64,000 nt of DNA from Gammaproteobacteria bacterium TMED78 (GTDB lineage: Bacteria > Pseudomonadota > Gammaproteobacteria > Steroidobacterales > Rariloculaceae): NCBI GenBank assembly GCA_002171615.1, contig NHEF01000005.1, positions 983 to 64,982 of the forward strand, given 5' to 3'. Of the stretch, positions 58,173-64,000 are shown piece after piece. The first letter of the stretch is position 1, and each line of letters opens with the position of its first letter. The position numbers and the translations under genes are program-made. The notes under the pieces are model-generated. The model did not search any database and was not told where the DNA came from. It was given only the letters and a program-made list of their open reading frames with translations.

Positions 58173-59558
58173 ATGACTAAAAATTTTAGGGTTGAAAAGG
58201 ATAGTATGGGGGAGCTAAGCGTTCCTAATGATGCTTCTTGGGGGGCTCAAACTCAGAGAGCAATTAATAATTTTCCAATTAGTGGCCTAGTCATGCCAGC
58301 TAATTTTATAAAAGCACTTGCGCTTATTAAGTCTGTAGCAGCTAGTACGAATGGCAAATTAGGCCTTATAAATCAGGAGGTTGCATTTGCTATTGAAAGA
58401 GCAGCAAATCAAATATACAGCGGTGATTTTGAGCACCAATTCCCAGTTGATGTTTTTCAAACAGGATCCGGTACTAGTACAAATATGAATATGAATGAAG
58501 TGATAGCAAATATTGCTAATTCTGATAAAAATATTAATATCCATGCTAATGACCATGTAAATTATGGCCAAAGCAGTAATGATGTTATTCCTGCTGCTAT
58601 ACATTTAAGCTCTTCAGTTGCAATAGAAGGCGACCTGATACCTTCCTTGGACTACTTGATTCAAACTATTAGAGATAAAGCCAAAACGGTAGATAAAATA
58701 GTTAAAACTGGTAGAACGCATCTTATGGATGCGATGCCTATAAGATTCGATCAAGAGCTATCTGGCTGGGCTAAGCAGTTAGAGAATAATAAAGCTAGGC
58801 TTATTTCATCACTTTCAAGGTTAAAACAACTTCCAATTGGAGGGACAGCTATTGGCACTGGTATTAACGCATCGCCTAAATATGCAGATAACTTTATTAT
58901 TAAAATCAATGATATATTAGATAATTCATATGTAGTTTCTGAAAATTATTTTGAAGCAATAAGTAGTCAGGATACAGCTGTAGAAGTTTCGGGTCATTTA
59001 AGAACTATAGCTGTTAGTTTTCTAAAGATTGCTAATGATCTAAGGTGGATGAATAGTGGTCCAATATCAGGATTGTCAGAAATATCTTTACCAGCTCTTC
59101 AGCCTGGGAGCAGTATCATGCCTGGTAAGGTCAATCCTGTAATCCCTGAGTCGTTAGCAATGGTGTCAGCTCAAGTAATAGGAAATGATTCAACTATTAT
59201 GATTGCTGGGCAATCTGGAAACTTTCAATTGAATGTTATGCTTCCAGTAATTGCGTATAATCTTCTACAAAGCATACATATTCTATCAAGCTCATCTATA
59301 AATCTTGCTGATAGGGCTATAAAAGACTTTTCAATCAATATGGATGATATTAATAATAAATTAGGCATGAATCCTATTTTAGTCACTGCGCTTAACCCAG
59401 TTATTGGTTATGATAAAAGTGCTGCAATTGCAAAAAAAGCATTTTGTGAGAAAAGGCCAATCTTAGAGGTTGCTGCAGAGCTTACAGATCTTTCTGAGGA
59501 CGAGTTGAAGATACTTCTAGATGCAGAAGCCCTTACTGATGGCGGTATTAAATCCTAA
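58173..59558 (+). CDS. fumC: Class II fumarate hydratase
   Basis: 461 aa with the GSSIMPGKVNP signature, SSNDV and TGRTHLMDA. Confidence 0.95.
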   Translation: MTKNFRVEKDSMGELSVPNDASWGAQTQRAINNFPISGLVMPANFIKALALIKSVAASTNGKLGLINQEVAFAIERAANQIYSGDFEHQFPVDVFQTGSGTSTNMNMNEVIANIANSDKNINIHANDHVNYGQSSNDVIPAAIHLSSSVAIEGDLIPSLDYLIQTIRDKAKTVDKIVKTGRTHLMDAMPIRFDQELSGWAKQLENNKARLISSLSRLKQLPIGGTAIGTGINASPKYADNFIIKINDILDNSYVVSENYFEAISSQDTAVEVSGHLRTIAVSFLKIANDLRWMNSGPISGLSEISLPALQPGSSIMPGKVNPVIPESLAMVSAQVIGNDSTIMIAGQSGNFQLNVMLPVIAYNLLQSIHILSSSSINLADRAIKDFSINMDDINNKLGMNPILVTALNPVIGYDKSAAIAKKAFCEKRPILEVAAELTDLSEDELKILLDAEALTDGGIKS

Positions 59559-59577
59559 TCACTGCCAGATATTTTCT

Positions 59578-59985
59578 ATGAAAAAAAGAAATAGCATTCT
59601 AGATGAAATATCTACTTCGGTTTCACCTTCGCAGAGAGCGTTTGAGGTTTCGAGTTTTGTAAAGAAAGTTGGTTTTGATTGGGATAGTATTGAGGGCGTT
59701 AAAAAAAAATTAATAGAGGAGCTAGAAGAGTTAGATGATTCCATAGAAATAGGTAGCAAGGAAGAAATTAAGTCTGAGATGGGAGATGTTTTCCTTTGTT
59801 TGGTCAACTTATGTATTTATCTAAACATTAATCCAGATGATTGTTTGATCGCTGCTAATGATAAATTTGAAAAAAGATTTAAATATATTGAGAATGAGGT
59901 TTTAGAAAATAAAAAAGATTGGTCATTGTATAGCTCTATGGATCTTGATAACTTATGGAATAAGGCCAAGCAGAAGTATAAATAG
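59578..59985 (+). CDS. Small MazG-family nucleoside triphosphate pyrophosphohydrolase
   Basis: EELEELDDSI...EMGDVFLCLVNL is the MazG EExxE...D metal-binding helix pair. The start chosen is ATG at 59578, because the ORF-track start at 59521 overlaps fumC. Confidence 0.65.
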   Translation: MKKRNSILDEISTSVSPSQRAFEVSSFVKKVGFDWDSIEGVKKKLIEELEELDDSIEIGSKEEIKSEMGDVFLCLVNLCIYLNINPDDCLIAANDKFEKRFKYIENEVLENKKDWSLYSSMDLDNLWNKAKQKYK

Positions 59986-60015
59986 TAATTTAAATAATTT
60001 TATTGGAGATAATAA

Positions 60016-60504
60016 ATGAAAGGTATATATTTTTTTATAGTAGGTGTTATTTTTACTTTAACTTTACAATTTTCCATTGCGCAGACAGATAATTCTAGTT
60101 TTGTACAATTGAATCATATAGGGATTAGCGTTCCTGATATTGATGAGGCTGTTGATTACTATACTGAGGTTATTGGTTTTAAAGAAGCGTTCAGAAGTAG
60201 AACAGATAGTGGTGAGACATGGTTAGTTTACTTACAAATGAGTAAAAATACTTTTTTAGAGATACAGGCAAATAACGAAAATCAGTTTAATGAAGTTACC
60301 CACTTTGGTGTTCAAGTAGATAATATGGAGCAGGCAATAAGCTATTATAGAAATAGGGGCGCTGAAGTAGAAGACTCAAGGAAGAGTGGCAATAGCAGAG
60401 CTATCCTTTCAAATACCCTTGATAATAATGGCATTAGAATGGAATTAGTTGAGCTAACTCCAGATTCACTACCATTTATAGCTATAGAATCATGGGTTGA
60501 GTAG
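60016..60504 (+). CDS. VOC (glyoxalase/bleomycin-resistance/dioxygenase) superfamily protein with an N-terminal signal-like segment
   Basis: LNHIGISVPDIDEAVDYYTEVIGFKE...HFGVQVDN is the typical VOC beta-alpha-beta-beta-beta module. The N-terminus MKGIYFFIVGVIFTLTLQFSIAQ is hydrophobic. Confidence 0.65.
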   Translation: MKGIYFFIVGVIFTLTLQFSIAQTDNSSFVQLNHIGISVPDIDEAVDYYTEVIGFKEAFRSRTDSGETWLVYLQMSKNTFLEIQANNENQFNEVTHFGVQVDNMEQAISYYRNRGAEVEDSRKSGNSRAILSNTLDNNGIRMELVELTPDSLPFIAIESWVE

Positions 60505-60509
60505 TCTGA

Positions 60510-61184
60510 ATGAATGACGATCAATTAGAAGGACATGAGGCTCTCCTAGAGAGCTTAAAAAATAGAAATATAGCCGGTTGGAAGGTTGGTCTAACATCAG
60601 GAAATGGGAGAAACTCTATGGGTGTTGGCTTTAGGCCTTTCGGCTGGATTTTAGAAGAGAGGCACTTTTCTTCTGGCTCTTCAATTAGTAAAGCTGAGAT
60701 AGCTGATGCTGAATTAGAAAATGAATTATGTTTTAAGTTTAATAAAGACTTACCGTTTGGGTCCAAGAGAAAAGATATTTTAGATGCTATAGAGTCAGTT
60801 GCTCCAGCATTTGAAATAATTCAGAATCGTATACCGAAAGACTCTAGTGTTATTGATCGTCTGAGTGATGGTCTTTCGCATTGGGGCTTAGTAACAGGGA
60901 CATTTATTAGCTTAGACTGGCCTTATTATGATTTTCAAGATGTTGCGGTTACCCTTAATCATGATCATGAGCCAATGAGTACAGTAAGTGCTATGGGTCA
61001 TATCGATGATCATTTTGCCTCAATAGCCGCTCTCTCTAAAAATTTATCTTTTTTTGATAGACACATTTCTAAAGGCGATCTTGTGATAACAGGTTCTTTT
61101 ACAAGATTGCCTGTTGATAAGACTGGAAATTGGTGTGGAGATTTCGGTAGTGACTTAGGTACCGTTGAGATTAATATAAAATAA
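60510..61184 (+). CDS. Hydratase/decarboxylase-family protein (2-keto-4-pentenoate hydratase-like, FAH fold)
   Basis: GWKVGLTS motif and the C-terminal ...GDLVITGSF pattern, typical of the MhpD/XylI/XylJ family. At 224 aa it is shorter than usual. Confidence 0.5.
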   Translation: MNDDQLEGHEALLESLKNRNIAGWKVGLTSGNGRNSMGVGFRPFGWILEERHFSSGSSISKAEIADAELENELCFKFNKDLPFGSKRKDILDAIESVAPAFEIIQNRIPKDSSVIDRLSDGLSHWGLVTGTFISLDWPYYDFQDVAVTLNHDHEPMSTVSAMGHIDDHFASIAALSKNLSFFDRHISKGDLVITGSFTRLPVDKTGNWCGDFGSDLGTVEINIK

Positions 61185-61196
61185 ATAGAGATTAGA

Positions 61197-63236
61197 TTAT
61201 AAAATATTTGTTAGAGTATTGCTCCTAAGGAATGGAAGATAGTCGCCAAGCATTGATGCTGGCCAGGCGATATAAAGTAAGTGGTGAAAAAGAAAGTACC
61301 AGACTATCCAAATCATGCCTCCAACTATTATTGTTGTTAGTAAAGATTCCTTTCCATCAAAAAAGATGTAGCCAAAAAGTAAAATAAATATAGATGGCAA
61401 TAGGCCAATAAATAAACTTAAAATAACTATTGATGAGCACCAAATAAAGTATCTAATTGCTCTCAATGTTACGGTTTTAGAACTAAGATCTTTAAATGTC
61501 GATTCATCTATGTTTTTATTATCGATCTCATTACTGGCTATGGAGGGTGTCTTAAAAAGTATATTTAAAAATAAGTAAAGACTACTAAGTGATAAACCAG
61601 CTATAGAGATAGATAACGGTACGAGCTTAGCATCTAGTTCCCAGTAATATGAGCTAAGTATGAAATAAATAAATAAAGAAGATATTAAAAGATTAAATTT
61701 AAAATCAATGCTTTTAAGGAATGAGCTGTTAATTGTAAATTTATTTTTATACTCTTTTTTATTTTTTTTAGTAATTAATTTTTTTATAAGCGGCATAGCT
61801 ATACCATATAATGTAAAGCATAAAACTATTATTACTATAGGTCTTGATAGCCATTCAAATTCATATCTCTGATAAGATATGAACATATATCTTTCGATTA
61901 GCCCTCCCAATACAAAGCCTAATAGAAGAGGCGGTCTAGGCCAGTCAGCTCTTTTCATTATCCAGCCAATAATTCCAAAGAATAATAAAACAAAAAGATC
62001 TCCTATTTGGTTACTACCTTGAAAGGCACCTATAAGAGTAACTGATAAAACAATAGGAACTAGGATACCTACTCTTATTCTTATAATATCGGCTAATCGA
62101 TCAGCAAATAAAAAACAAATGCCAGAACCTAGAATATTTGCGATTGCAATAGTCCAAACAAGCGTATAAGTGACATCAAGACGAGTCGTTAACATATCTG
62201 GTCCAGGGTTAATTCCATGAATTAAGAAAGCCCCTAAAAGTAGAGCCATTCCAGCAGTTGCAGGAACCCCAAAGGCTATCGTTGAGATCAGTGCTCCACC
62301 TTCTTTAGCATTATTAGAGCTTTCAGACGCAATTATTCCCCTTACATCGCCTTTTCCAAATGTTTCAGAAGCACCTTTCTGGCTTTGCATCGCATGTCCA
62401 TATGCTATCCATCCTATAACAGATGCCCCTATTCCCGGAATGGCACCTAAGACAGAACCTATACCTGAGCATCTAATGACAAGAAATATATGCTTTATAG
62501 TATCTTTTATGCCCTCAACTTGATCCCATCTATTATTTATAGATGCCTTTTTTGCGAGTGGCTTTCTATTAATAGCCATATCAGCTAATTCTGGAATAGC
62601 AAATAAGCCTAGAGCAAATGGCACTAAAGGTACGCCATCTAATAAATATAAAGTATCAAAGACCCACCTTTCAGTAGCTGTATTTGACTCTTCACCAAAC
62701 ATAGCTACCATTACACCAAAAGCAGCAGCAGCAAGTCCTTTAAGCCTTGATCCGCCACTTAAAATCCCAACTAGTGATAAACCAAAGATACAAAATGCTA
62801 ACAGTTCCGGAGAGCCAAAACTTAATACTAGAGGTCTTAAAATTGGGATTGATAATGCAAGAAAAGCTGCTCCTAAAAGCCCACCAATTACTGAAGATGA
62901 GAAAGCTACACCAAATGCTTTTGCAGCTAATCCTTTTTTAGCTAAGGGGAATCCATCTAGTATAGTTGGAGCCGAACCAACTGTTCCAGGAACTCCAAAG
63001 AGAACAGCAGGTATTGTATCAGATGTTACAACCACAGATTGAAGCCCAACAAGAAAAGCTAATGCTGTATAAGGGTTCATATCAAAAGTGAAGGGAAGTA
63101 GGAGCGATAAGCCAACTACACCACCGAGACCTGGAATAATTCCTAACCCTAGACCAATCAAAACACCTAAAGCAACAAAACCTAGTCTAGTTGGGTCAAA
63201 TATAATATAAGTTGCTTCTATAGCCATTTCTAGCAT
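61197..63236 (-). CDS. Tripartite tricarboxylate transporter large permease TctA with a TctB-like C-terminal extension
   Basis: The first ~500 aa are polytopic and TctA-like (GIIPGLGGVVG, GTVGSAPTILDG, GAIPGIGASV). A KKNKKEYKNK linker follows. The final ~170 aa contain 4-5 additional transmembrane helices. Confidence 0.7.
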   Translation of the reverse strand: MLEMAIEATYIIFDPTRLGFVALGVLIGLGLGIIPGLGGVVGLSLLLPFTFDMNPYTALAFLVGLQSVVVTSDTIPAVLFGVPGTVGSAPTILDGFPLAKKGLAAKAFGVAFSSSVIGGLLGAAFLALSIPILRPLVLSFGSPELLAFCIFGLSLVGILSGGSRLKGLAAAAFGVMVAMFGEESNTATERWVFDTLYLLDGVPLVPFALGLFAIPELADMAINRKPLAKKASINNRWDQVEGIKDTIKHIFLVIRCSGIGSVLGAIPGIGASVIGWIAYGHAMQSQKGASETFGKGDVRGIIASESSNNAKEGGALISTIAFGVPATAGMALLLGAFLIHGINPGPDMLTTRLDVTYTLVWTIAIANILGSGICFLFADRLADIIRIRVGILVPIVLSVTLIGAFQGSNQIGDLFVLLFFGIIGWIMKRADWPRPPLLLGFVLGGLIERYMFISYQRYEFEWLSRPIVIIVLCFTLYGIAMPLIKKLITKKNKKEYKNKFTINSSFLKSIDFKFNLLISSLFIYFILSSYYWELDAKLVPLSISIAGLSLSSLYLFLNILFKTPSIASNEIDNKNIDESTFKDLSSKTVTLRAIRYFIWCSSIVILSLFIGLLPSIFILLFGYIFFDGKESLLTTIIVGGMIWIVWYFLFHHLLYIAWPASMLGDYLPFLRSNTLTNIL

Positions 63237-63354
63237 TGCTTAAGTCCTTTGAAGTAGCTCAAGAAAAAAGTATAATATGTTATTCATATTATTAATAAAT
63301 AAAAAGAATAACAATTTATTTTTTAACTCTAGTTTAGGTAATTTTTTTTTAATT

Positions 63355-63894
63355 ATGGATATATCAGGTGAGTTTAAGTTAAATCTAGGTAGGGAAGATG
63401 TATGGAAGGCTCTAATGGATCCTATTGTATTATCTCGCTGTATCCCCGGTTGCGAAAGTATAAATCAAACAGAGAAAAATAAATTTAAAACAAAGGTTAA
63501 GCTTAGTATTGGCCCGGTAAAAGCTATTTTTGATGCTGATATTAATATTTTAAACCTAAATCAACCAAACAGCTATAGAATACAAGGAAAAGGAAAAGGG
63601 GGTGCCCTTGGATTTGGGGAAGGCTTTGCCGATGTTTCTCTTATAGAAGAAAATAGCTTTACTATTTTAAAATACAAAGCAGATTTTAAGGTTGGGGGAA
63701 AGTTAGCTCAAATGGGTTCAAGGTTGGTTCTATCTGCAACAAGACAAATAGCTGAAAATTTTTTCCTAAACATGTCTAAAGAAATTGATAGCCAAGCTAC
63801 TAATTTAAATCCAAACAAAACAACGGATTATAAAAAAGCTATTTTTTTGGCTTTATTACTTCTTGCTTGTGCTGGAGTTTATTTTTATTTATGA
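63355..63894 (+). CDS. CoxG/SRPBCC-family protein with a C-terminal membrane anchor
   Basis: MDISGEFKLNLGREDVWKALMDPIVLSRCIPGCES matches the CoxG N-terminus. C-terminal transmembrane segment AIFLALLLLACAGVYFYL. The start chosen is ATG at 63355. Confidence 0.7.
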   Translation: MDISGEFKLNLGREDVWKALMDPIVLSRCIPGCESINQTEKNKFKTKVKLSIGPVKAIFDADINILNLNQPNSYRIQGKGKGGALGFGEGFADVSLIEENSFTILKYKADFKVGGKLAQMGSRLVLSATRQIAENFFLNMSKEIDSQATNLNPNKTTDYKKAIFLALLLLACAGVYFYL

Positions 63895-64000
63895 GAATTA
63901 GTTTAACTATAAACGGTAATCCTGTTTCGGAAGATGTAGATAATAGGACATTATTGGCTGATTTTATAAGAAATACCTTAGGACTTACTGGCACTCATGT
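63891..64000 (+). CDS. (2Fe-2S)-binding small subunit of an aerobic-type CO/xanthine dehydrogenase family enzyme; 3' end outside the window
   Basis: MRISLTINGNPVSEDVDNRTLLADFIRNTLGLTGTH matches the CoxS-type N-terminus. ATGA start/stop overlap with coxG. Confidence 0.7.
   Translation, partial: MRISLTINGNPVSEDVDNRTLLADFIRNTLGLTGTH

Noticed and set aside
1-64000. Scanned for CRISPR arrays, IS elements or transposases, integrases, phage genes, toxin-antitoxin pairs and rRNA
   Set aside because: No direct-repeat/spacer arrays, terminal inverted repeats or recognisable mobile-element or defence proteins were found. The only exact repeat noticed is the 66-nt exbD tract.

Overview
AT-rich, very gene-dense chromosomal segment. 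GC is roughly one third by eye, and many genes overlap or are separated by under 20 nt. It looks like a streamlined, probably marine, Gammaproteobacterium. Supporting synteny: infC-rpmI-rplT-pheST-ihfA-merR-tRNA-Pro, fabG-acpP-fabF-mltG-tmk-holB, mnmA-purB and gsp pseudopilin genes. No mobile elements, CRISPR arrays or rRNA were seen.

Content from left to right:
1. A block of exported proteins: an S8 subtilase with a P-domain, a small I9-propeptide-like ORF, a Lys/Ala-rich secreted protein, and a Slam/DUF560-like outer-membrane protein followed by a TbpB-fold surface lipoprotein.
2. The translation cluster, then ilvD and a fused aspartokinase/diaminopimelate decarboxylase.
3. A 14-kb run of 15 minus-strand genes (ilvC-leuA-ilvE-leuCDB, a YerC/TrpR-like gene, hisGDCBHAFE). 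It is preceded by a previously unlisted 23-codon Leu/Val/Ile-rich leader ORF and a strong intrinsic terminator, which together look like an attenuator.
4. A seven-gene TonB2-type cluster (TtpB/TtpC/ExbB/ExbD/ExbD/TonB/TPR).
5. alaA, then an AddB/AddA-like pair in which the helicase subunit has no nuclease domain.
6. A type II secretion half-cluster, gspG to gspN only.
7. Fatty-acid synthesis and housekeeping genes, then acnA, mnmA, purB, fumC and small enzymes.
8. A TctA permease with a TctB-like C-terminal extension, and the start of a coxG-coxS cluster.

The most interesting items are:
- the Slam/T11SS-plus-cargo pair
- the YerC-like gene heading the his operon, which has no hisL leader
- hisF, which appears to start at AUA
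- the ilv-leu attenuator
- a 66-nt identical tract shared by the two otherwise diverged exbD genes
- the AddAB-like pair with one motor and one nuclease

All functional calls come from reading the translated ORFs. No database search was run.
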